Positions 9,310 through 18,122 are shown, counted from the stretch's first letter. The stretch is DNA of 32,000 nucleotides from Ostreococcus tauri (GCA_000214015.2 CAID01000002.2:100624-132623), one strand, 5' to 3'. Numbers and translations are program-made. Notes: generated from the sequence alone by a model not told the origin.

Positions 9310-11052
9310 ATGCCGGCTGAACAAACCAGTCAAATCGGAGATGTTCCGCTCGCTTGGTACAGGGATTTGGCGCACGAGGGTTACAACGTGGACGGTAGGC
9401 GACTTTCAAAGAGCGTGGAAACTGACTCGCTATCGAACTTGCTAAGTAATATTGATGACCGTTCTGCATGGCGCAGGATTTCAGATGCATTGTCTGGAGG
9501 GCATATAAAGCTATCTAAATCTGACGTGCTGCTGTTACAACGAATACAAGCCGGCTGGCTTCCGTCAGATTCACTCGAGCATACCTGGGAGTGGGATTCA
9601 AGCACTAATACAGACCGTGTTGCTAGTTCTACCGAGCCAAAACGTAGATTTCTACCGTCACAGGGGGAAGCAAAAGCTGTCGCAAGACTAGTGCGAGTCT
9701 TGAGACGGACATTCCAGACTGGCCAGCCGGCAATAGAACATGCTCCACATGATTATGACATTTGGGCAGCACCTCCAACCGAGCAACCGAACACCCTTGG
9801 CCGGATTCGTGCGCGCAAGCCTAGTCTACCAGCCAACGAATTATCCTTCAATCCACCAGTAGAGTATGCGGAGTATGCAAAAATGAACATCTCAAACAAG
9901 TCAGCTTCGCGCCTCAGACAGATGTGCAGTTATGAATGTTTCACACAAGAGAGATTTGAGAGATGCCTGGACTTATACTTGTGCCCCCGTTCTCATCGCG
10001 AGAAGACAGATATATCTCCTGAGGAGTTACTACCGAAACTACCCATGCCAAAGCAGCTCAAGCCATTCCCAGAAATCTTTACACAAAGGTTTTTGCAACA
10101 GCGTGAGACTATTGACTGCTTTTCGGTCAATTGTTCTGGTGAGTGGCTAGCCATGTGCACAAGTTCTGGAAGTTTATTGATTTGGGATGTTCATACGGGA
10201 AAAAATATTTACCATTTTGATTTCAATACGAAGCTAGGGTCTGTTCACTGGCATCCAACGAGAACTCATGTATTGGTAGTGACCATGGGGACTTGTGCTG
10301 TGGTCATACGCTCTCTTGCTTCGTTTGATCCTGGTCAGTTGCGAGCACTAAAGAGTATGCAGAAATCTTCTGAGCAACCTGTCTGGAATTGCTCAAAAGC
10401 TGTCTCAGTCATACAACATGCTTTAACAGTACGGGAGGTTGCATGGCACAGAAAGGGTCGCTACTTTGCAACAATTTTTGGTGAACGAGGTATCACGGTG
10501 CATGACCTAGATTTCAAATGTTCTCAGCAACCGTTCGCAAAGTACGATAGTCGCGTCATGAGCGTGTCTTTTCATCCAACAGAGCCCTTCTTTTTCATCT
10601 GTTCGCCACGGCAAGTTCGTATGTACAATTTGAAAACGCAAGAACTAAAGCGAAAGTTTTCGAATGGGATGACGAATAATATGTGCATGTGTATAAGTTC
10701 AAGTGGATCTAGTCTACTAGTTGGCGAGAGGAGCGGGAAAACACTGTGGTTTGATGTTGAAAGTGATGGCGAGAGCAAAGCAATTGCAGTCCGAGGAGCT
10801 TCAGTACTATCTGTGACATGCCATAATTCGTATCCACTTATCGCCACAGCAGCTCAAGATGGCAAAATTACTGTGTTTCACATGTCTGAACCGTCTGATT
10901 CTGTCGCGGATCCCATGTTTGTTCCGGTAAATGTGATACAAAATTCACACCTTGAGTTGGCCAGGTGTCTAGATGTGCAGTTTCATCCGCGACAACCGTG
11001 GCTTTTTATGAAGCGCGAACCTCAGTCAATTGATCTTTATACACAGAAGTAG
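9310..11052 (+). CDS. BOP1: Ribosome biogenesis protein BOP1/Erb1 (BOP1NT domain + WD40 repeats)
   Basis: Uninterrupted 580-aa ORF starting at ATG 9310. Conserved BOP1 blocks are present: GDVPLAWYRDLAHEGYNVDGRRL, FNPPVEY, ERFERCLDLYLCPR, PEELLPKLPMPKQLKPFP, then WD40 repeats to the C-terminus (VQFHPRQPWLF). Confidence 0.85.
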   Translation: MPAEQTSQIGDVPLAWYRDLAHEGYNVDGRRLSKSVETDSLSNLLSNIDDRSAWRRISDALSGGHIKLSKSDVLLLQRIQAGWLPSDSLEHTWEWDSSTNTDRVASSTEPKRRFLPSQGEAKAVARLVRVLRRTFQTGQPAIEHAPHDYDIWAAPPTEQPNTLGRIRARKPSLPANELSFNPPVEYAEYAKMNISNKSASRLRQMCSYECFTQERFERCLDLYLCPRSHREKTDISPEELLPKLPMPKQLKPFPEIFTQRFLQQRETIDCFSVNCSGEWLAMCTSSGSLLIWDVHTGKNIYHFDFNTKLGSVHWHPTRTHVLVVTMGTCAVVIRSLASFDPGQLRALKSMQKSSEQPVWNCSKAVSVIQHALTVREVAWHRKGRYFATIFGERGITVHDLDFKCSQQPFAKYDSRVMSVSFHPTEPFFFICSPRQVRMYNLKTQELKRKFSNGMTNNMCMCISSSGSSLLVGERSGKTLWFDVESDGESKAIAVRGASVLSVTCHNSYPLIATAAQDGKITVFHMSEPSDSVADPMFVPVNVIQNSHLELARCLDVQFHPRQPWLFMKREPQSIDLYTQK

Positions 11053-11165
11053 ATGAATTTAGACAGTATGTTTTTTCTATGACGCCAAGCTCAGTGAAGT
11101 TATTACAAAACTTTGTTTACGACGAACGCAGAATCACAGGGTGTCCCAAGAACAGGCACAACGAT

Positions 11166-11604
11166 TTAAAAGTTATCTTCGTCGGTCGATGAATCGTAGT
11201 TCGGATCAGTTAGAATTTTCCACCCTGTATAATTTTTTAAATCAAATTAAATGAACAGAGTATGTATATTAATGAAGCTCACCTTCGACGACAAAGAGTC
11301 GTCGTATTGTGACCAAGTTGACATCTTTCTGAATGCCGTAATCTACGAGATTCTTATCAGCCATGAGATGTACGCCATTATGCAAGACTCTATCTTCTTT
11401 ATTCACATCCATGTCAGGTAAACATGTGGTCTCACATTTCTGAATATATTGCCAACTAGACTGAGAAATTTCGTGCACTGTGGCTTGCTTTGGGAAATTG
11501 AGTTCTACGTCATCTAGAATCAACGTTTTCGTGGAGAGGCTTGAGTTATGATATAAACTCCACTTCGTCACCTCAATTCTAGGATGTACGCGAACCTTGA
11601 CCAT
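11166..11604 (-). CDS. Small ubiquitin-like-domain protein (hypothetical), 2 exons
   Basis: ATG at 11604 (MVKVRVHPRIEV...). The track ORF ends inside a GTGAGC donor. A 58-nt AT-rich intron (11225-11282, GTGAGC...TTATACAG, phase 1) joins it to a last exon, 11166-11224, reading ...RRLFVVE-G-WKILTDPNYDSSTDEDNF*. The segment RVLHNGVHLMADKNLVDYGIQKDVNLVTIRR resembles the C-terminal half of a ubiquitin fold (L...G..L.D...L.DY.I......L.L). The family is not otherwise recognised. Confidence 0.45.
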
Positions 11605-11837
11605 TAATTGATGAGGAAACGTACGCCGGTGTGACGAATTCCGCGCTGACAAAAAAAAACGCCTCGCGAGCGTTTTTTTTTTGCAGAATCGATTGTATCG
11701 ATGTTGGGACTTTGCTGATTCCGACCCCTTGAAATTTTCAGGCCGACCCCAGCCAGAAAACGCTCGTGTTAACTATTAAATTCATTTTTTACGATGCATA
11801 GCTATATACTATTTTCGAAATCATTTGTGCACCATAA

Positions 11838-13886
11838 GGCCGAGGGGGAGATAGCCGGTAATAACGAAATTTTGGTGGCGTCAAGTAAAAAAAACGAAAT
11901 TTCACCACGGGGGAGATAGAATTTCGCTCAAAATTTCACTTCAAATTTCACTTTTCCCGATTTCGCGAGGCGAAATTGGGCAAATATCGCCTCGCCCGAA
12001 CGAAATTTTGCCTCGGGGCAAAATTTGAAGTGAAATTTTTTGGTGGTTCATGACTCGTGACGTCGAGGGGGTCAGTATCGTCCCGAATATCGTCGCGCAT
12101 CTCCCCCGTGGTGAAATTAAAAAACGAAAACTCGTGCCCGACACTCCATCGCGCGCCATGGCGCACGCGCCGCACCCGCACGCCTCAGACGCGGCCGCTC
12201 TGGGGTCGGCGCACGTCGCCGTAGACGAAGCGGAGTACGCGGGTGCTCGCGAGTCGCTCGCGTCGCAGGACACTGCCGCGGGCGGGCGGCGGAAGAGCGG
12301 CATCCCTCGTGGTCCGAGCTGGACTCCTTTTGAACAACTTGCCGCGCTCGACGCATACTTCAGCGCGTGCGAAGTCGTGCAAGAGAGTAGGGAGGTCGAT
12401 CGATGGCAACACGCTAACAAGCGGTACCCCCATTACGTTCGGGAGCTCGCCGCGTTGGGTCTGTGGAAACCATCGACGACCGTACACGGCGCGAGGACGC
12501 CCGAGGAATCCATCGACGCACGTCGGTGCGAAGAAGTCAACGAACACGGTGTCGTCGGAGCGAACAAGACTGTGTTCGAACGTGGAAAGGCTGTGAAGGC
12601 ACACGTGCTCAAAGTCGCGCACATTTTCCGACGTGATTTCAGAGCGTGCGGAAACCAACAAGGTGAGTCTGGAAAAGCCGTCAGGACTTTTGGACAAGCA
12701 AGAGAACGAAGCTTTGAAAGAAAAACATTCAGAAGCGACCCTTGTGGTATTCAGGTACGTGGTGCCAGACTCCCCGTATCTCGATCCCGCTGCGTACAGG
12801 ACGCTGAAAGAACGTGCGAGACCGGAGTTCGCGCTAAGACACGAAGACAGGTGCACTTCGGCTGCGAACACTGCCAGTTGGTTACAGCAGCGCACAGCGG
12901 CGGCGACAGCACGTCGCGAGTCGGTACATCCGATAACCATGGCGCCGGATAAATCACCTACACGTGCTATGAGAGAAGAGGCGCTCGAGCGACAGGTCAT
13001 CGAGGAATTGCGTCGTACCAACGATGTGCTTGAAATGATGATGCGCTTCGTCGCGCAAGGTGAACTTCTACTTCCAGCGCGAACGGGTTCGGAGGCGCCT
13101 TCCACTGTGCCGGCTCGTGACGGCGAAACGATTGATCCGATTGGAGCCGAAAACACGATTGACGCCGAGAACATCGGCGCCGCCTTCGCACACAGCCGTC
13201 ATGAAGTTGGCGTTGGTGGAAATCAGAGCGCTGGCGCTGATGCGGTAACCGCGCATAGTGCTGCATACGTCCTGTTCACATGCATCGTCAGTGTGCGATC
13301 GACTCAAGCGATGCATTGTGCCGCCGACGAACATACGAACGTCCGGGAACGGCTTGTTTTCAAAACAACTTCAAAGATTCCCTTTCCTCATTCTTGCCTG
13401 CGTCGCGCCGACGCACGTCCACGCGCCTATACGTCCAGGGGCACGACGCGTGCGGTTGAAAACATCGTCAGAACGTCGTGCGCCTCGCGAACGGCTTGAT
13501 CGCGATTCCGACGTACGGCTCGCGCGTCATCTTTCGCGTCAGAGCGAGCACGTTTTGACTCGCGCGAAGTGCGCGCCCTGGACGCGCGCGTTGCGCGCGT
13601 GCCCACGATCCGCGGCGCGGAGTGCGTCAGACGAACGTTCTCCTTCGCTTCCGCATTCGGTGAAGGGCGAAAAAACTCGACGCGCGCGTGTGGGAGTGCG
13701 AGCGGTTCGGTACATTTCCCAACCATCCTTTCCCCAAAACCAGTACCGAGTCGACCGAATTTGAATTTTCATCACAAATTTCACCCCTCATCTCCCCCGT
13801 TGCGATAATTAGGCCTATCCGGACAGAATTACCGAAACGAAAATCAAAGTGAAATTATCGTTTCACAATCTATCTCCCCCCCGGCC
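11838..13886. mobile_element. PIF/Harbinger-like DNA transposon derivative (2049 bp) lacking a recognisable DDE transposase
   Basis: A 3-bp TSD TAA lies on both sides (11835-11837 and 13887-13889). The 17-bp TIRs are GGCCGAGGGGGAGATAG (11838-11854) versus the reverse complement of 13870-13886, GGCCGGGGGGGAGATAG (16/17). Both subterminal regions carry GAAATTTCAC / GGGGGAGAT motifs. One example is the 20-bp inverted pair AATTTCACCACGGGGGAGAT, about 11898-11917 versus 12099-12118. A TWA 3-bp TSD and GG-starting TIRs are hallmarks of PIF/Harbinger. Confidence 0.6.
12050..13499 (+). CDS. Element-encoded protein of unknown function (possibly Myb/SANT-like Harbinger accessory ORF), 2 exons
   Basis: ATG at 12050. 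The two overlapping track ORFs (frames 2 and 3) are joined cleanly by a candidate 58-nt intron, 12663-12720 (GTGAGT...CTTTGAAAG, phase 1). This gives ...HIFRRDFRACGNQQ-E-KHSEATLVVFRYVVPDSPYLDP... and 463 aa in total. I see no DDE-transposase motifs. The Trp-containing segment RGPSWTPFEQLAALDAYFSA...DRWQHANKRYPHYV only loosely resembles Myb/SANT-like domains. The 329-aa ORF on the opposite strand is treated as a shadow ORF. Confidence 0.35.
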
Positions 13887-13896
13887 TAAGCTTACA

Positions 13897-14243
13897 CTAT
13901 AGGTTGGGAAATCACCATCTATGGGTGGTGATGGTGATTTCAAATCACGATGTCGTGATTTAGATCGTGATTTGATATTGCGTGTATGTAAAGCCTATCA
14001 TTTTTTCTGATATTGACAGTGATAGGCGTCACGTGACTGATACTACGACATGTCGGCACCGATGTCGAGGACATACGGCGATGATGCGTACATTGCGTCA
14101 CTGTTCTAACCCTAGCACCCCGCGTCGACACGGTTCGTGCAAGCTCGAAAGGTTAAATCACGATCTACGGGTCGTGATCGTGATTCAAATCACGAAGTTT
14201 CGGGTCGTGATTTAGATCGTGATCGTGATTTTACCCAACCTAG
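13897..14243. mobile_element. hAT-like MITE (347 bp), copy 1 of a two-copy family
   Basis: A perfect 8-bp TSD AGCTTACA lies at 13889-13896 and 14244-14251. The termini are CTA(TA)GGTTGGG ... CCCAACCTAG. Both ends carry dense subterminal repeats of (A)TCACGA / TCGTGATTT. It is homologous along its whole length to 27941-28384 in the opposite orientation. An 8-bp TSD is typical of hAT. Confidence 0.65.
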
Positions 14244-14331
14244 AGCTTACACATACGACGGGCGCAGCGTCGTTACAGACGCTGTATATATTCAGACGCA
14301 CTATATTCAGACAATAGCTCGTCTAATTATC

Positions 14332-14338
14332 AAAAAAA
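14332..14338 (-). terminator. Pol III terminator T-run downstream of tRNA-Leu
   Basis: On the minus strand the tRNA 3' end (14344) is followed by CGATA and then TTTTTTT, which is the A7 run at 14332-14338 on the plus strand. Confidence 0.6.
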
Positions 14339-14343
14339 TATCG

Positions 14344-14464
14344 TGCTGAGAGTGGGGTTCGAACCCACGCAGTCAGTGACTACCAGAACACTCACCTAAG
14401 TTCCGGTGAAGCTCGAACGCGTCGTACTTGAGTCTGGCCCCTTGGACCACTCGGGCATCCCAGC
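14344..14464 (-). tRNA. tRNA-Leu(CAA): tRNA-Leu (anticodon CAA) with a 38-nt intron
   Basis: Minus-strand sequence: GCTGGGA TG CCCGAGTGGTCCAAGGGG C CAGA CTCAAG [TACGACGCG...GGTGAGTG] T TCTGG TAGTCACTGACTGC GTGGG TTCGAAC CCCAC TCTCAGC A. The 7-bp acceptor stem has one G-U pair. The D-loop is AGTGGTC and the T-arm is GTGGGTTCGAACCCCAC. There is a long variable arm (class II), and the anticodon loop is CT-CAA-G. The intron starts right after position 37, the canonical eukaryotic position. Confidence 0.85.
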
Positions 14465-14566
14465 GACAGTCGACGAAGGTATCCTTGGGTATCTATACTA
14501 TTCATTTACAAGATCGAAGGCGTTTAGGACTGAGGAGCGGACAGAATAATTCTGTGTTCGTTTCAA

Positions 14567-16027
14567 CTAGAAAAACCTATGCTGCAACGCATCTACCGTG
14601 CTGATGCGTTCTTTTCTATCGGTCTTCAGCAGCTGACTTGCAAGATCCCACCCAGCACCCTCATCAGCGTCAAGAACACTCACGTCGGATACTCCCACAG
14701 GAGAGGCAGATTTGTCAAACTTGGTTCGCCACTTTTGAAGGTTGAAGTCACACTGCTCAAGCTCACTTTTGAACTTAGTAAGTTTATCTGGATGACTTAA
14801 CGAAGGGATGCATATTTGAAGCATGATGATGCCGGCGCTGAATAAATCGAATTTTTCGGGTTGATAATGCTCCCACAGCTGTAATAAATTCGAGTCAACC
14901 GGCGTTGGAGACTCCTTAGGTAAAAGATAAATGTCTGTAGGCAAGCAGTATCGAGGGTCTGCCGGCCCTTCACCCGGTATGTAATTCTTGGGCCTGCCTA
15001 AGCACTGTGCAGATCCTCCAAGGTCGATAAAGACGAGCCCTGTTTTTGTAAAAATAAGATTGTCAGGTTTGACATCTCGGTGAACGATCCCTGCAGTGTG
15101 CAACATTTGCAAGTTCTCAAAAATAGAGCTTAAAATAGCTTTGACAACTTCTTGTTGTTTCGCAGTCCGAGGGAGGTTGAATGATTCAGTAGTGACGTCG
15201 AGCAGCTTTTTCGCGTCAACCAGAGCTTCCCCAAGCGTCACTGAACCACAATACTCCCACATTAACCACAGCCCAGCGGTCAGTGTACCGTTGTAAATCT
15301 GGCCTTCATTCCGCTGATCGATTTCACAGCAACCGTAAAATCTCGCGCACGACCCCTTCGCTAATCTATGTACGGTCTCATTGAGTTCAAGCTCGGCGTC
15401 TAAAAATTCTATTGCACCGTAAACGTTTGGTTTGGCACACTTAAGTACAACATCTTTGTCCTTCCATCTGCCCCTAAATACAGTTCCAAAACTACCTTCG
15501 CCAAGAGGTCCACCTTTGAGTATTCTTATGTCTTCTGGTTGAACGCCTACCGTGCGACGAAGTACCGCTCGTCCCGTTATCTTCTCTTTCCTTTTCGCTC
15601 CCCAATAAGCTGACAGATCAGCCGGCTCTGCCTCCACGGGGCTTATCTCACAACGCACTAAATACAGTTTAACCTTTGAGCTTGATTGTTGTGATATAAA
15701 AGAGATTATATCTTCGAAGAGCACGGTATCGCAGTTGCCAAGCACTGATTTATTTATTTGTATGCTTTGTATGACATCACCGGCATACACGTTTCCGGTC
15801 GCTTCGGCATTGCCTCCGTAGCGAATTTCATCTACGCGTGCACCTTTCATACCGACGTTTGGTTGCAGAATGATGCCCAAAGGCTTTTCTAGTGTCACTT
15901 GAAATTCGTGCCGTATAGAAGAGCGACGAACGGTACCCCTGGGGACTCCTACGCTCGACCGTGAGCGTCGAGAGAAGCACCCACTGTGGCTCTGTATTAC
16001 AAAACCCACTGTGCTTTGAGTCGACAT
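14567..16027 (-). CDS. Ser/Thr protein kinase of the STN7/STN8/Stt7 family with N-terminal PDZ-like domain
   Basis: Uninterrupted ORF with its first ATG at 16027; the track ORF starts at an upstream GTG. The kinase core has GEGSFGTVFRG, HRDVKPDNLIF and IDLGGSA. Similarity to STN7 as I remember it runs through family-specific blocks. Examples: YGAIEF... (YGAVEIW), LMWEYCGSVTLGEAL (LWKYEGESTLAGLM) and NYIPGEGPADPRYCLP (NYIPKEFLLDPRYAAP). More examples: LWEHYQPEKFDLFSAGIIMLQICIPSL (LWQMNLPDRFDIYSIGLIFLQMAFPSL), CDFNLQKWR (CDYDLTAWR) and GAGWDLASQLL...ERISTVDALQHRFF. The N-terminal segment FQVTLEKPLGIILQPN..GARVDEIRYGGNAEATGNVYAGDVIQSI...VKLYLVR looks like a PDZ fold. It is preceded by a Ser/Arg-rich leader. 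Confidence 0.7.
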   Translation of the reverse strand: MSTQSTVGFVIQSHSGCFSRRSRSSVGVPRGTVRRSSIRHEFQVTLEKPLGIILQPNVGMKGARVDEIRYGGNAEATGNVYAGDVIQSIQINKSVLGNCDTVLFEDIISFISQQSSSKVKLYLVRCEISPVEAEPADLSAYWGAKRKEKITGRAVLRRTVGVQPEDIRILKGGPLGEGSFGTVFRGRWKDKDVVLKCAKPNVYGAIEFLDAELELNETVHRLAKGSCARFYGCCEIDQRNEGQIYNGTLTAGLWLMWEYCGSVTLGEALVDAKKLLDVTTESFNLPRTAKQQEVVKAILSSIFENLQMLHTAGIVHRDVKPDNLIFTKTGLVFIDLGGSAQCLGRPKNYIPGEGPADPRYCLPTDIYLLPKESPTPVDSNLLQLWEHYQPEKFDLFSAGIIMLQICIPSLSHPDKLTKFKSELEQCDFNLQKWRTKFDKSASPVGVSDVSVLDADEGAGWDLASQLLKTDRKERISTVDALQHRFF

Positions 16028-16515
16028 GATCGAACTCGTTGTCACCGGAAACCTCGTCCCGGCGCCACTGTTCAGCTCTGAAGGCTCCGCGAGTCGTAAA
16101 AATCTCCGTCGAAGTTAACACAGTCACGGCGCGATTAGTATTCCACGACACCAACTGGAGTGTATTGGGTGTTCCTTGTTCCTTTTCACCGTTCCCGTAC
16201 GGGTTGAGTTTCGTGCCGCGTAGAAGAGCGACGAAAGGCGCAGGTTAGTAACCTGAGGTTACTGAGGACAAGGAGAAAAGCGCATTAAGGCCGACTAAGA
16301 GTAACGTTAGTATTGTCACCATACCCGAAGAGTGTAACTCGAGGGTCGGTGACCCTCCCGCGGTATATGGATTTTGACACGGCGCACACGACGAGTCGTG
16401 AATCGACCTCTTTTTGGGGCTCTAAAATCCCGGCGAGGGGGTACGCGAGAGAAACGCGAGTCACGACCCGTCGAAGACCCCTCGTTGACGCGACGAGTCG
16501 CGATGCGTTGGAGAG

Positions 16516-16888
16516 CTGATTTTCTGGACCCGCGCGCGACGACGGCGCGAGCGCGAGTGCGAGCGCGGACGCGAACGGTTTCGTCTGCCGATCGCGCGCG
16601 CGCGCGCGTCGCGGCGTCGTAAGGAGGCGCGACGCTGGGGCGGTCAATATTGACCGTAAACCCTATTTTCTAGGGTTTAGAATACACGGCGCGAGTTAAC
16701 GTCGTGGATCGATTCGTCGACGTTTTTTAACTTTTCTCTCCAAATTTGAGCGATTTTCGTCGCGATTCGGCGTCGCAACGCGCGTTAAGACGCAAATTGA
16801 TGTGATTGCGTGCGATGATGTGAATCATCGATTGGTTTCCACAGTGTGATCGCTCGAACGGCGCCGGCGCGCGGGTCCAGAAAATCAG
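16516..16888. repeat. Perfect 22-bp inverted repeat pair enclosing 329 bp (foldback-type element or fragment)
   Basis: CTGATTTTCTGGACCCGCGCGC at 16516-16537 is exactly reverse-complementary to 16867-16888. The enclosed sequence is GC-rich and has a (CG)n run at about 16596-16611. It also contains the palindromes GGTCAATATTGACC and TAAACCCTATTTTCTAGGGTTTA (16657-16679). The ORFs here are Arg/Ala-rich and overlap on both strands. Confidence 0.6.
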
Positions 16889-17054
16889 GTCCCAACGAAT
16901 CCATATACCTTTTGAGGGGGGTAATTCCGGTTCCTGACTCGTCAATGGTACCTGATGAATACATTGTTCACGTCACGGGCATTAAAGGCAAATCTTTAAC
17001 ATCGTATGGTGACCACGCGCCAGCGCTTACTTGTATATTTGGATAGACTTTAGT

Positions 17055-17147
17055 TGTAAGCTTAAGGTCCCGTGGTGATCGCGTCGTAGCGCGTTCTGTG
17101 CGTAAAGATCTGTCGTTTCATTAAAAGTCTAAGCTAGTTGTCTCGAA
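17055..17147 (+). repeat. Dispersed repeat family TGTAAGCTTAAGG..., copy 1 (truncated by the adjacent MITE)
   Basis: TGTAAGCTTAAGGTCCCGTGGTGATCGCGTCGTAGCGCGTTCTGTGCGTAAAGATCTG...AAGCTAGTTGTCTCGAA is nearly identical to 30147-30240. It is clearly related to 22193-22265 and to 28411 onward. Confidence 0.7.
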
Positions 17148-17613
17148 CAGATTTTGACTTATCTCCGTAATGGTTGTGCACACCTTTTCTTGAGTCATAA
17201 TCGGTCACGCCATGTATGGGTAAACAGTATGATCGGGGTACTCCAACTTGTGTTTTACCTTGTACAAATTTCGGCAAGTTTTCGCAACACGCGACATGTG
17301 TGCGCGGATAACGCGCCGACGAGGCAGCGAAGACGTGCGTCGCGATGAACAGTTGTAGATACATGCATGTTACATCAGATTCATCCAGTTTCTGCGGCAT
17401 ACGACGGACATAGCGACGTCCTCACGCAGTTCCTCGCGCTCTGGTACTCCACCCCAAGCTCTCAAGAAACCACGTCTAAACCGAAATTTGTACAAGGTAA
17501 AAACACAAGTTGGAGTACCCCCCCCCCCTCATACTGTTTACCAATACATGCCGTGACCGATTATGACTCAAGAAAAGGTGTGCACAACCATTACGGAGAT
17601 TAGTCAAAATCTG
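17148..17613. mobile_element. Foldback MITE (about 466 bp) with about 135-bp inverted arms
   Basis: The left arm CAGATTTTGACTTATCTCCGTAATGGTTGTGCACACCTTTTCTTGAGTCATAATCGGTCACG...ACAAATTTCGG pairs with the reverse complement of the right arm, ending ...GGAGATTAGTCAAAATCTG at 17613. The arms differ by a few substitutions and a poly-C/G tract (17519-17528). Related copies lie inside 7900-9204. No TSD identified and no ORF of note. Confidence 0.65.
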
Positions 17614-18122
17614 ACGAGATGGCCCAATCTCTATCTGAGGTATATGGGTAGACTCGCCGTCCTTTGCGACTTCAGAGATACTACTAAATAAGGAATAACA
17701 CTATATAAAAAGCATTTGCTAGAAATCGACGACACGCTCAAGTGCGTCGCAGCCGCGACGCCACTTGTTGGACTCGACCACTCAGGGACGAGGCTTGTAA
17801 AGACGAACAACTCATCAGCAAGTAATCGCACGCGAAAGGCTTTTCTCTCGCGCACCTCGAGGCCTCGAACCTCAGTCTTTTGGCATTCATTTCGATAGTG
17901 TTGGCGAGGTAGCTCGCCGAGCGCCAGACCCCTGATTTGCATTCCTGAATTGCGAAAACACTACCTGCCGAAATTGAATATAGCCATTGGCTGAGGGTAG
18001 CTGGATCAAAATCCGATACGAAGTACACCCGTGCGGTCACACCGCCCTGTCACGACGAAACTGTTGCACGCTTGGAAATATGACCCTTCTTGAAGGATCT
18101 TGAAGGAGGTCGTTCCACAAGG

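Noticed and set aside
11651-11682. A9-CGC stem, 7-nt loop, GCG-T10 hairpin that looks like a bacterial bidirectional rho-independent terminator.
   Set aside because: The context is eukaryotic. It sits 47 bp upstream of the UBL-gene ATG, not at a gene end. It is most simply a poly(A)/poly(T) palindrome or a tiny MITE remnant. It is recorded only as a structure.
12185-13174. A 329-aa ORF on the minus strand inside the Harbinger-like element, plus other long antisense ORFs at 26335-27096, 22664-23161 and 25221-25703.
   Set aside because: They lie antisense to better-supported coding frames in GC-rich sequence and are Arg/Ser/Ala-rich. They show no recognisable motifs. They are typical shadow ORFs.
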